DNA from: an uncultured Actinomycetes bacterium | GTDB lineage: Bacteria > Actinomycetota > UBA4738 > HRBIN12 | DNA length: 64,000 nucleotides | Direction: 5' to 3' | Assembly (NCBI GenBank): GCA_963728665.1 | Contig: CAVSLG010000018.1 | Location: 221,096-285,095, forward strand | In this document: piece by piece, positions 1-8,433 of the stretch | Position numbering within the stretch: position 1 is the first letter of the stretch | How the letters are laid out: each line of letters starts with the position of its first letter | The notes under the pieces: generated by a model | The model's input: only the letters and a program-made list of their open reading frames with translations | Databases searched by the model: none | Told to the model about the DNA's origin: nothing | Made by a program: the position numbers and the translations under genes

Positions 1-273
1 GTGTCGGTCGCCACGAACCACCCGGTCGTTCATGGGCACACGAGCGCGATGGGCATCGAGCTCGGGCCGATCGACGGCAAGAAGCGGGTGATCTTCCGGG
101 TGCCGCCGGCCGAGTGGGTTGGCGGCAAGTACTTCGTCACGATCGGCCTCGAGTCGCTGGAGGGCAGTCCGTACCACATCCAGACGCAGCGGTACCTGCT
201 GCAGGTGCCCGACGACGTCCAAGTGCCCAAGCGCCTGGAGGTCGAACCCGCAGCTACGGTGGAGGACCTGTGA
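1..273 (+). CDS. C-terminal fragment of ABC polysaccharide exporter ATP-binding subunit (Wzt C-terminal domain); runs off the window start
   Basis: Beta-rich peptide with GKYFVTIGL resembling Wzt_C; first gene of a glycan-synthesis run; N-terminus not visible. Confidence 0.5.
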   Translation: MSVATNHPVVHGHTSAMGIELGPIDGKKRVIFRVPPAEWVGGKYFVTIGLESLEGSPYHIQTQRYLLQVPDDVQVPKRLEVEPAATVEDL

Positions 274-737
274 ACCCGAACCCCCCCGTCACCGACCCCG
301 AGGCGCACGATGCGCACCTCGCCGAACGCACCGCAGGCCACCCTGCGAGAAGGAAGGACCGCACGATGTTGATCGGCTTGATCCTGCTGTCGGTGGTCCT
401 CGCGGCCGTCGCTCAGCTCACCCTGAAGCACGGCATGAACCAGGTCGTCGCGAACACGGGTGAGCTGCAGCTGAACGCGCACTCGTTGAAAGACGTCGCG
501 ACGACCTGGGCCGTCTGGGGCGGGCTGCTGTTGTTCGGGCTCTCGGCATTCGTCTGGCTCGCGGTGCTCTCCCGGGCGTCGCTCTCGTTCGCGTATCCGT
601 TCGCGTCGCTGACCTATGCTCTGATCCTATTGGCCGACCGGTTCGTGCTGCACGAGCAGATCCCGCCGCTGCGGTGGGCGGGGGTCTTCTTCATCATGCT
701 CGGCATCGTGCTCGTGGCGCAGACCCCGCACCAGTGA
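270..737 (+). CDS. SMR/EamA-type small membrane transporter (ArnE/ArnF-like)
   Basis: GTG270 overlaps the upstream stop (GTGA); four hydrophobic helices; AQLTLKHG and [13 protein letters not shown] motifs; alternative start ATG366. Confidence 0.75.
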   Translation: MNPNPPVTDPEAHDAHLAERTAGHPARRKDRTMLIGLILLSVVLAAVAQLTLKHGMNQVVANTGELQLNAHSLKDVATTWAVWGGLLLFGLSAFVWLAVLSRASLSFAYPFASLTYALILLADRFVLHEQIPPLRWAGVFFIMLGIVLVAQTPHQ

Positions 738-1615
738 CGGTCACCGTCGCCCCCGACGCCGCCGAGCTCGCGGTCGTGATCGTGAACTTCAACGCCGGCG
801 CGTACCTCGAGCGCTGCCTGGCGTCGCTCGAGCGTCACCGCGGCGACATCGCGCTCGACGTGCTCGTGATCGACAACGCCTCGCTCGACGGCTCGCACAC
901 CGAGGCGATCGCCGCCCACCCGTGGGCGCGGCTGATCGCGAACCCTTCGAACCTCTACCTCTCGCCCGCGTGGAACCAGGGCATCGCGGCGACCTCGGCG
1001 CCGTACGTGCTGGTGCTGAACCCCGACGTCGAGTGGTGGAAGGGCACGCTCGCTGACTACGTGCGGGTCGCCCGGGCGCACCCGCGTGCCGGCATCGTCG
1101 GCCCGCTCGTGCGCAACTCCGACGGCACCGTCTACGAGAGCGGACGTCCGTTCCCGAGCGTGGTCGACGCCGTCGGCCACGCGTTCCTCGGCTCGGTGCG
1201 GTCCGGTAACCCGTTCACCCGGCGCTACCACCTGGAGGGATGGGATCGTACGAGCGAGCGCGAGGTCGACTGGGTGAGCGGCTGCTGCATGCTGATCCCT
1301 CGCGCCGCCTTCACCGAGGTAGGCACGTTCGACGAAGGGTTCCCGCTCTTCGGCGAGGAGCTGGACATCGCCACGCGTCTGCGCGACGCGGGATGGTCCG
1401 TGCTCTATACGCCGGAGGTCGAGATCGTGCACGAGATCGGTGTCTCGAGGGGTTCCAGCCGCGAGATGCTTCGCATGCACTCCGACAGCATCTACCGTTA
1501 CTACCGCAAGCACCGCGCCGCCGGGTGGCGGCGCGCGACCCTGCCGGCGGCGTGGGCGGTCCTGCGGCTGCGCGCCGAGCTCGAGGCGCAACGAGGGAGG
1601 ATCACGTCACGATGA
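734..1615 (+). CDS. Glycosyltransferase family 2 (WbbL-like)
   Basis: VIVNFN, VIDNAS.DG, LNPD, DWVSGCCML and EELD motifs; GTGA overlap with the upstream gene. Confidence 0.88.
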   Translation: MTVTVAPDAAELAVVIVNFNAGAYLERCLASLERHRGDIALDVLVIDNASLDGSHTEAIAAHPWARLIANPSNLYLSPAWNQGIAATSAPYVLVLNPDVEWWKGTLADYVRVARAHPRAGIVGPLVRNSDGTVYESGRPFPSVVDAVGHAFLGSVRSGNPFTRRYHLEGWDRTSEREVDWVSGCCMLIPRAAFTEVGTFDEGFPLFGEELDIATRLRDAGWSVLYTPEVEIVHEIGVSRGSSREMLRMHSDSIYRYYRKHRAAGWRRATLPAAWAVLRLRAELEAQRGRITSR

Positions 1616-2631
1616 AGGCCGTCGTCCTGGTCGGGGGAGAGGGCACGCGGATGCGACCGCTCACCGAGACCGTGCCGAAGCCCCTGCTGCCGTTGATGGA
1701 CCGGCGCTCGCTCGACCACGTGCTCGACCACCTGGCGCGTCACGGCGTGCACGAAGTGGTGCTGTCGTCGCCCTACCTCGAGGAGGTGTTCCATCCGTTC
1801 ATCGAGGCGCGTCACGGCGACCCGCGGATCACGTGGATCACCGAGACGCATGCACTCGGCACGGGCGGCGCGATCGTGAACGCGCTCGAGGCCGTCGGCG
1901 ACGAACGGTTCTTCGCCCTGAACGGCGACATCCTCACCGACCTCGACCTGACGGCCATGAAGGCGTTCCATGAGGCGAACGGCGCTGCGGTGACGATCGC
2001 CCTTCACCACGTCGACGATGCCCGCGCCTTCGGCCTGGTGGCGACCGACGACGAGGGCAAGGTGCTGGAGTTCCGCGAGAAGCCCGATGATCCGATCCCC
2101 GGCGACGTGAACGCCGGCACGTACCTCCTCGACCCGGCGGTGCTTCGCGACTGGACGCCCGGCGAGACGGTCTCGATCGAGCGTGACGTCTTCCCGGCGG
2201 TGATCGAGGCCCGCCACCCCGTCTACGGATTCGTGGCCGACGCGTACTGGCTCGATCTCGGCACCCCCGAGAAGTACCTGCAGGCCCACTTCGACATGTT
2301 CGAGGGCAAGGTGCACGACGTGATCTATCCGGCGCCATGGGTCGCCGAGGGCGCCACCGTCGACCTGCGGGCGCACCTCGGACGCTGGGTGGCCGTGGGG
2401 CCGGGCGCGACGATCGGCGCCGACGCGCAGGTCGACGACTCCGTGCTGCACGAGGGTGCTCGGATCGGCGCCGGTGCCCGCGTGACCGGGTCCGTGCTGG
2501 CCGCCAACGCGACGATCGGTGAGGGCGCGACCGTCGCGTCGAGCGTCTTAGGTGAGGGCAGCTCCGTACCCGCCGGTACGCACCTCGTCGATGCGAAGGT
2601 GCCCTCGGGTGCGGAGGCAGCGACATCGTGA
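1612..2631 (+). CDS. NDP-sugar pyrophosphorylase, probably mannose-1-phosphate guanylyltransferase
   Basis: MKAVVLVGGEGTRMRPLT..PKPLLP, LGTGGA, LNGDIL, WLDLGTPE and a C-terminal hexapeptide beta-helix. Confidence 0.9.
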   Translation: MKAVVLVGGEGTRMRPLTETVPKPLLPLMDRRSLDHVLDHLARHGVHEVVLSSPYLEEVFHPFIEARHGDPRITWITETHALGTGGAIVNALEAVGDERFFALNGDILTDLDLTAMKAFHEANGAAVTIALHHVDDARAFGLVATDDEGKVLEFREKPDDPIPGDVNAGTYLLDPAVLRDWTPGETVSIERDVFPAVIEARHPVYGFVADAYWLDLGTPEKYLQAHFDMFEGKVHDVIYPAPWVAEGATVDLRAHLGRWVAVGPGATIGADAQVDDSVLHEGARIGAGARVTGSVLAANATIGEGATVASSVLGEGSSVPAGTHLVDAKVPSGAEAATS

Positions 2632-4487
2632 TCGCGCGCCGCCCTGTCCTTGTCAACCGCGTGGTCGGCCGCGCCGATGCAGGCCATGTGAGAGCGACCG
2701 GGGGGTCGACCCGATCCGCGCGCGTGCTGATGCTCGCGCTCACCGCGATCCTGCTGTTCGCGGGTGCGGCGCCTGCGCTCGCGGCGGGCGAAGGCACGAC
2801 CGTCCCGGGCGCGACCGACGATCCCTTCTCCGGCTCGCCTGCGCCCCCGAGCCCCGGCATCGCGGGGAGCGACGGGTTCCGCTTCTTCGGATCCGGGTTC
2901 GGGCACGGCATCGGCATGTCCCAGTGGGGAGCCAACGGGCTCGCCCAGATGGGCTGGTCGCACAAGCGCATCCTGAAGCACTTCTACCGAGGCTCGCGTG
3001 TCGGCAGGCTCGCCGATCCGGTTCGCGCGATCCGGGTCGGCCTCACATGGGACGACACGTCGATCCGCGTCGCCGCCAGGGGTGGACCGGTGAAGCTCTG
3101 GGTCGGCAGCAAGGGCGCCCGCAAGGTCGGGCGCATCCCGTCGGGGCGAACCTGGACCGTGCGGGCGAAGGCGAGCGGCTTCGCCGTCCGCAACCACGAC
3201 GGGAAGCTCGTCGGCGGCCGGACCTGGGGAGGGGAGTCCTTCGACCTGATCGCGACCTACGCGGGCGGGGCCAAGGCCTCGGTGCCCGAGGCAGGAGCCT
3301 CGTACAACCGCGGTCACCTGGAGTTCGAGCTGTACCGGCGAGGCGGCTCGTGGAATCAGCGTCTGGTGCTTCCGATCGAGCTCGAGCAGTACCTCTACGG
3401 CCTCGGTGAGATGCCGAGCTCGTGGCCGGCCGCAGCCCTGCGTGCGCAGGCCGTCGCCGGCCGAACGTTCGCGACGTCGAAGGTGAAGCGTTCGGCCCCC
3501 AACGCGCAATGCAACTGCGACATCACCGACGGCACGAACGACCAGGTCTACATCGGCGACAACAAGGAGCACGGCACCGACGGCAACCGATGGGTCGCAG
3601 CCGTGAACGACACCCGTGGGCAGGTCGTCACGCACAACGGGACCGTGATCCAAGCCTTCTACGCCGCGTCGGACGGTGGGCATTCCGACGCCGTGGAGGA
3701 TGTCTGGCACGGCGGCAACGACGCCTACGCGGTTCCCTACCTCAAGGCCGAGTGCGACCCTGGCGAGGACATCGCGGCGAATCCGTGGCTCGACTGGCAG
3801 AAGTCATACCCCGCCGGCGAGCTCACCGACCGGCTCGCCCCGTACACCGGTTCGATCGGCACGGTCCGCGGATTCCCGCGCGTTCGCCGGGGCGAAGGCG
3901 GCCGCATCATCACGGCGACGGTCCGAGGCTCGAGCGGGTCCGCATCGATCACCGGCTCGGAGCTGCGGTGGGCGATCGGCGCATGGGACGGGCGCATCTG
4001 GATCAACAAGGACAAGAACGTCACCGGGCCGATCCGCGATCGCTACGACGCGCTGATGTGCCGCCCGGGATTGCCGACCTCCCGGATCGAGAGCGTCGAG
4101 GGCGGCTCGCGCCAGCGGTTCGAGAGTGGCGCGATCTTCCGCAACGGGAGCGAGGTCACGGTCTGGCTCCGGGGTGCGATCTACCGCGAGTACAAGGCGA
4201 TCAAGGGACCGAAGGGCCGCCTCGGCATGCCGACGGGCCAGGTCGTCGGCGTCGGGGCTGGGTCCCGCGTCGTGTTCGAGGGCGGTCGTATCCTCGCCAA
4301 GCAGGGGACCGGGGCACATGCGGTGTGGGGCCGTGTGTTGAAGGAGTACCTCGATCGCAACGGGACCGAGGGTCCGCTCGGCTTCCCTACGAGCCGCGTA
4401 CGGCGTGACGGCAGCGGCGGGTCGCTCGCCGATTTCGAGCACGGCACGATCGTCTGTCCCGCCGGACAGGCCTGCCGTCTCGCCTGA
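2628..4487 (+). CDS. Secreted SpoIID/LytB-domain protein with C-terminal LGFP-like repeats
   Basis: Signal-like LLFAGAAPALA; GSGFGHGIGMSQWGA; YLYGLGEMPSSWP..ALRAQAVAGRT; LGFPTS and LGMPTG repeats. Confidence 0.85.
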   Translation: MIARRPVLVNRVVGRADAGHVRATGGSTRSARVLMLALTAILLFAGAAPALAAGEGTTVPGATDDPFSGSPAPPSPGIAGSDGFRFFGSGFGHGIGMSQWGANGLAQMGWSHKRILKHFYRGSRVGRLADPVRAIRVGLTWDDTSIRVAARGGPVKLWVGSKGARKVGRIPSGRTWTVRAKASGFAVRNHDGKLVGGRTWGGESFDLIATYAGGAKASVPEAGASYNRGHLEFELYRRGGSWNQRLVLPIELEQYLYGLGEMPSSWPAAALRAQAVAGRTFATSKVKRSAPNAQCNCDITDGTNDQVYIGDNKEHGTDGNRWVAAVNDTRGQVVTHNGTVIQAFYAASDGGHSDAVEDVWHGGNDAYAVPYLKAECDPGEDIAANPWLDWQKSYPAGELTDRLAPYTGSIGTVRGFPRVRRGEGGRIITATVRGSSGSASITGSELRWAIGAWDGRIWINKDKNVTGPIRDRYDALMCRPGLPTSRIESVEGGSRQRFESGAIFRNGSEVTVWLRGAIYREYKAIKGPKGRLGMPTGQVVGVGAGSRVVFEGGRILAKQGTGAHAVWGRVLKEYLDRNGTEGPLGFPTSRVRRDGSGGSLADFEHGTIVCPAGQACRLA

Positions 4488-4502
4488 TCGCGACCCGCTC
4501 GG

Positions 4503-5255
4503 TCAGGGGCAGTCGTCGGCGGCGTTGGCCTCGGGAGCGTTCGACGTGCAGGCGAACGCCTCGACGAACCCGTCGGCGACCGTTTCCGCCTGATCGGCCG
4601 TGATGGCGCCCGGACATGTCTGCAGCTGATCCCACGCGGCCAAGGCGATCGAGGCTCCTTCGGGAAGGCCGTCGAAGGGAGCGGCCACGGTCATGTCGCC
4701 GTCGGCCGCGACGCCCTTCAGGGCCTCGACGACGTCGGGCGAGACAGCTCCGTCACCGTCGGCGCGGTAGTACAGCATCACGCCGGCGTGCTCGAGGAAG
4801 TGCACCGCCGCCGGCTCGCTGCCGATCGGCTGGTCGTAGGCCTCCGGTGATGACGGGAGCACCTGTCCGCCGTAGTGCTCACCCGACGTCGCGGGCTTCT
4901 GAGCGTACGTGATCGGCGTTCCCTCGTCGACGTGTTGACCGGCCTGCGCATCGCCCACGGGCTGCTGCACGTCGGTGCAGCCGGCCGCCTCGGCCGCGGC
5001 GACCGCGGCCGCGGGGATGTCGCGTGGGCCCGCCACCCGTGACAGCCAGTAGAACGCTCCGATGCCGACGACCCCTGCCACGCCGAACACGGCGGCTCGG
5101 CGGACGAAGGCGCTGCGCTCCGCTCGCTTCCGTTGCGCGGCGCGAGCCTGCCGGGCCTGTTCCTTCCGCTCGCGCCGAGCGTCGTTGCTGCCGGCTGCGG
5201 GCACGGGCTTCGTCGTCGTCTGCGGCGAGCGTCGCTTCTTGTTCTTGTTCGTCAT
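4503..5255 (-). CDS. DUF3105-family membrane-anchored protein (paralog 2)
   Basis: Basic N-terminus, one TM helix, P.TSG.H, VHFLEHAGVMLYY and IALAAWDQLQTC motifs. Confidence 0.8.
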   Translation of the reverse strand: MTNKNKKRRSPQTTTKPVPAAGSNDARRERKEQARQARAAQRKRAERSAFVRRAAVFGVAGVVGIGAFYWLSRVAGPRDIPAAAVAAAEAAGCTDVQQPVGDAQAGQHVDEGTPITYAQKPATSGEHYGGQVLPSSPEAYDQPIGSEPAAVHFLEHAGVMLYYRADGDGAVSPDVVEALKGVAADGDMTVAAPFDGLPEGASIALAAWDQLQTCPGAITADQAETVADGFVEAFACTSNAPEANAADDCP

Positions 5256-6053
5256 CTACATCGCCGCCCCGCGCTCGGGCGCCTCGCCGGCGTACTCCCG
5301 ATCCTGGGTGGTCGGGTAGGAGTATTGACTCGTGAAGTCGAACGCCACCGCCAGGCTCGGCGTGGCGCATGAGCGCAGCCGTCGCCACCCCACGAGCGCC
5401 ATCTGCACGCCCTCGGGAAGCTGGCCGCCGGTCCCCTCGTAGTCGTACGGCGCCACGATCACGCGGTCCTGGCCGACCGGGTCGCTCTGATCGTAGAAGT
5501 CGAGGATCGGCTGCAACGCGTCGGCCGGCGCGTCGGGGTCGTACCAGACGACGCTGCCCCCGTGCTCGAGGGAGTGAAGCAGCGGCCCCAGGTCGGGTGG
5601 CGATGCGTACACGCCGGCCGGAAGCGTCGAGGCGCCAACGTGCGGCCCGGAGGCCGGCGGCGTGCTCGGGTAGGTGTCGAGCGGCGGCATCTCGGGGAAC
5701 CGCTCGTCACCCTCGATGTGAGCCTGGTCGGCGTAGTCGGGAGAGGACTGGTCGAACCCGTCATAGAAGCCGGTCGTCGCGACCTCGTCGCACCCCGCCG
5801 CTTGGACCTCGCCCCCGGCCTGCCCGAGCAGGTCTGCGGCCGCCGGCAGCGCCGAGTCGGAGCCTCCGGTGGGTTGCAGCACGACGATCGCCACGATGGC
5901 GGCCACCGCCGCGAGGGCCACCAGCGAGACTCCGATCGTCCGGTTGCGCTTCCTCGCGGCCATCTGCCGCTGGATCGCCTCGCGCTCGAGACGGGCCTGC
6001 TCCTTCCGCTCGGCCTTCGTCGGCCTGCGGGCGTCGTTCGGTTGGTTCGACAC
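5256..6053 (-). CDS. DUF3105-family membrane-anchored protein (paralog 1)
   Basis: GTG6053 (VSNQPND); TM helix; PPASGPH, LHSLEHGGSVVWY and MALVGWRRLRSC motifs; stop abuts the next ATG. Confidence 0.8.
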   Translation of the reverse strand: MSNQPNDARRPTKAERKEQARLEREAIQRQMAARKRNRTIGVSLVALAAVAAIVAIVVLQPTGGSDSALPAAADLLGQAGGEVQAAGCDEVATTGFYDGFDQSSPDYADQAHIEGDERFPEMPPLDTYPSTPPASGPHVGASTLPAGVYASPPDLGPLLHSLEHGGSVVWYDPDAPADALQPILDFYDQSDPVGQDRVIVAPYDYEGTGGQLPEGVQMALVGWRRLRSCATPSLAVAFDFTSQYSYPTTQDREYAGEAPERGAAM

Positions 6054-6147
6054 GTCCGGTGGGTCTCCCTTCGAGGCTCCTGGGGTGTGCCTCGCGAGGC
6101 TAGAGGGTACCCAACGACCGTCGTCCTGAGCGGGTGGTTCGACGACC

Positions 6148-7461
6148 TCAGCGCCAGTCGGTGATGCCGCCGAGGTCGAGCGGTGGCCGGGGACGGGTGA
6201 TCGGGCGGGTGGTGGGCATGGGGCCGCACGCGACGGTGCCGAGGGACAGCCACTGGTTACCGACACCGAGGACATGGCGGGCTTCCTCGCGACAGAAGAT
6301 CGATGAGCTGATCCAGCTGCCCGCCAGGCCTTGGGCCGAGAGCGCGAGCAGCAGGTTCTGGATCGCGGCGCCTCCCGAGAGCAGGAACATCTCCCGCTCG
6401 GCTTGTGCCCGCTCGGTGTCGGGGTACGCGTGAGCATCGCTGAGCGAGAGCCACGGCACGATCAGCACCGGCGCCGATCCGAGGACATCGTCACTTCGCG
6501 TGACGCGCCGCTCGATCACCGCCTCGTCCGTGCCGTCTGCACGGAGATCGCCACGCCACGCCGCGGCCATCGCGGCGAGGTAGCCGCGTCGAGCGGCGTC
6601 GGAGGTCAGCACGCTGAACCGCCACGGTCTGGTGTGGTGAGGCGCCGGGGCGGTGCACGCGGCGGCGACCGCCTCCTCCAGCGCGGTCCTGGGTACGTCT
6701 CCGGGACCGAACGAGCGGATCGTGCGGCGGTCGTGGAGGGCCTGCAGCGGCGACGCACGGAACAGGTCCTCCCCGGGCGGACGCACGATGTCGAGGGCCG
6801 CCCCGTCGGCTCCGCCGAGTCGGTCGATGCCTCGCACGATCGCGACGGGGATACGGGAATCCTTCGCGATGACGAGCCCGCTCGCCGCGGCCACCTCGTC
6901 GGCGAGCGCGACCTCGGTGGCCTCGAGCTCGCGGCCTCGGTCGTCCGCGCGCCCGCGCAGGTCCACGATCGCCGGCAATCCGTCGCATCCGATCGCCACG
7001 TTCACCACGCCGGCGCGCCACGCTCGGCCGAAGGTGTCGGTGACGACGACCCCCAGGTCGCGCAGGTCGAGCCGGGCAGATAGGTGGGCACGCAGCCGCC
7101 TCGCGCTGGCGTCGGGGTCCTCCGGCAGCAGGGCGAGCCAACCGGCGTCCACGTTCGACGCGTCGACGCCCGCGTTCGCGCAGACGAAGCCGTGGGCGGT
7201 CTCGGCGATCACGAGGTCGCCGCGGCGCGCCACGACGCGCATCGTCTCGGCGGCCACCGCGTCGGCGCGATCCGCACCGAGCACGATGCGACCCTCGGCC
7301 TTCGAGACGATCTTCGAGGTGACGACGACGACGTCGCCGTCTCGTGCCCCGGCGGCTCTGAGGGAGGGTTCCAACATCGCCGCGACGTCGTCGCCCGGTC
7401 GCACCTCGGGCACGCCTTCGACGGGAAGCACCTGCACCGGCGACCGTGACGGCGATGTCAC
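6148..7461 (-). CDS. fbiB: Coenzyme F420-0:L-glutamate ligase with C-terminal nitroreductase domain (FbiB)
   Basis: VVVTSKIVSKAEGR, CANAGVDASN and VTDTFGRAWR ligase motifs, then RRTIRSF and APAPHHTRPWRF nitroreductase motifs. Confidence 0.93.
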   Translation of the reverse strand: MTSPSRSPVQVLPVEGVPEVRPGDDVAAMLEPSLRAAGARDGDVVVVTSKIVSKAEGRIVLGADRADAVAAETMRVVARRGDLVIAETAHGFVCANAGVDASNVDAGWLALLPEDPDASARRLRAHLSARLDLRDLGVVVTDTFGRAWRAGVVNVAIGCDGLPAIVDLRGRADDRGRELEATEVALADEVAAASGLVIAKDSRIPVAIVRGIDRLGGADGAALDIVRPPGEDLFRASPLQALHDRRTIRSFGPGDVPRTALEEAVAAACTAPAPHHTRPWRFSVLTSDAARRGYLAAMAAAWRGDLRADGTDEAVIERRVTRSDDVLGSAPVLIVPWLSLSDAHAYPDTERAQAEREMFLLSGGAAIQNLLLALSAQGLAGSWISSSIFCREEARHVLGVGNQWLSLGTVACGPMPTTRPITRPRPPLDLGGITDWR

Positions 7462-8405
7462 GACGCGGCGTCCAGCACCACCGACGCCAGGCGCTCAGCC
7501 GCGTCGTCGTCGACCATCACGGTGTCGGTGACGGCGACCCGCACCCCGGAAGACTCGATACGAGCGATCAGCGCGCGATCACGCTCGTCGATCACCCAAG
7601 CGCCCAGCAACCCGTCGTAGGCGGCCGCGGCGCCGGCGGCGGTCACCTCCAGGCCCAGGGCCGGCATCAGCTTGTCGGCCATGCCGGCCAGCGGCGCGCC
7701 GCCGACGATGCCGCTCACACCCACGACGGCTGCGCGGCGCGCCTCGACCGCCTCGCGCACCCCGGGCACGGCCAGGATCGGCCCGAGCGAGACGACGGGG
7801 TTCGAGGGCGGCAGCACCACCACGTCGGCCGACTCGATCGATGAGAGCACTCCCGGTGCCGGTCGCGAGGTCTCGACCCCCTCGAACCGCACGGCCTTGA
7901 CCGGGTCCGCCGCTCGCCGCTGTACCCAGTACTCCTGGAAGTGCAGGTCGAGTCGTTCGCCGGTTCGGGCGTCGACGGCATCGATGCGGGTCTCGACCCG
8001 ATCGTCGGTGACGGGCAGCAGCCGGGCACCGACGCCGAAACGCCCCGCCACTCGCGTGACGACCTCCGACATCGTGGCTCCCTCGCGCAGCATCGAGGTC
8101 CGCAGCACGTGGGTCGCGAGGTCCAGGTCCCCGAGGTTGAACCATGCATCGGGGGCGCCGAACGCTCGCAGCTCCCCGGCCGCCCGGAACGACTCATCGC
8201 GGCGACCCCAGCCTCGCTCGCGGTCGAAAGCGTCGCCGAGCCAGTACGTGACGGAGTCGGGGTCGGGGCTCACGTGCAGTCCGTGCACGACGATGTCGTC
8301 TGCCACGTTTAGGATCACGGTGAGGTCGCCGCCGGGCACGATACGTGCCATGCCGCGCAAGAACTTCCCCGCGCCGATGCCGCCGGCGAGCGCCACGACC
8401 TTCAT
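7458..8405 (-). CDS. cofD: 2-phospho-L-lactate/PEP transferase (CofD/FbiA)
   Basis: MKVVALAGGIGAGKFL, GLHVSPDPD, WFNLGDLDLATH, LHFQEYWV and PSNPVVSLGPIL motifs. Confidence 0.93.
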   Translation of the reverse strand: MKVVALAGGIGAGKFLRGMARIVPGGDLTVILNVADDIVVHGLHVSPDPDSVTYWLGDAFDRERGWGRRDESFRAAGELRAFGAPDAWFNLGDLDLATHVLRTSMLREGATMSEVVTRVAGRFGVGARLLPVTDDRVETRIDAVDARTGERLDLHFQEYWVQRRAADPVKAVRFEGVETSRPAPGVLSSIESADVVVLPPSNPVVSLGPILAVPGVREAVEARRAAVVGVSGIVGGAPLAGMADKLMPALGLEVTAAGAAAAYDGLLGAWVIDERDRALIARIESSGVRVAVTDTVMVDDDAAERLASVVLDAAS

Positions 8406-8433
8406 CGCCGGACAGCGTAGTAGGCTCGCCGAC
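8406..8433. promoter_or_regulatory. 28-bp divergent promoter region for cofD and fbiC with back-to-back -10 hexamers
   Basis: TAGGCT 8421-8426 lies 7 nt before fbiC ATG8434; TACGCT on the minus strand (8414-8419) lies 8 nt before the cofD ATG; no room for an SD. Confidence 0.6.

Noticed and set aside
7672-8433. N-terminal 254-aa extension of FbiC in the ORF track
   Set aside because: It is antisense to cofD; the real start ATG8434 has its own -10
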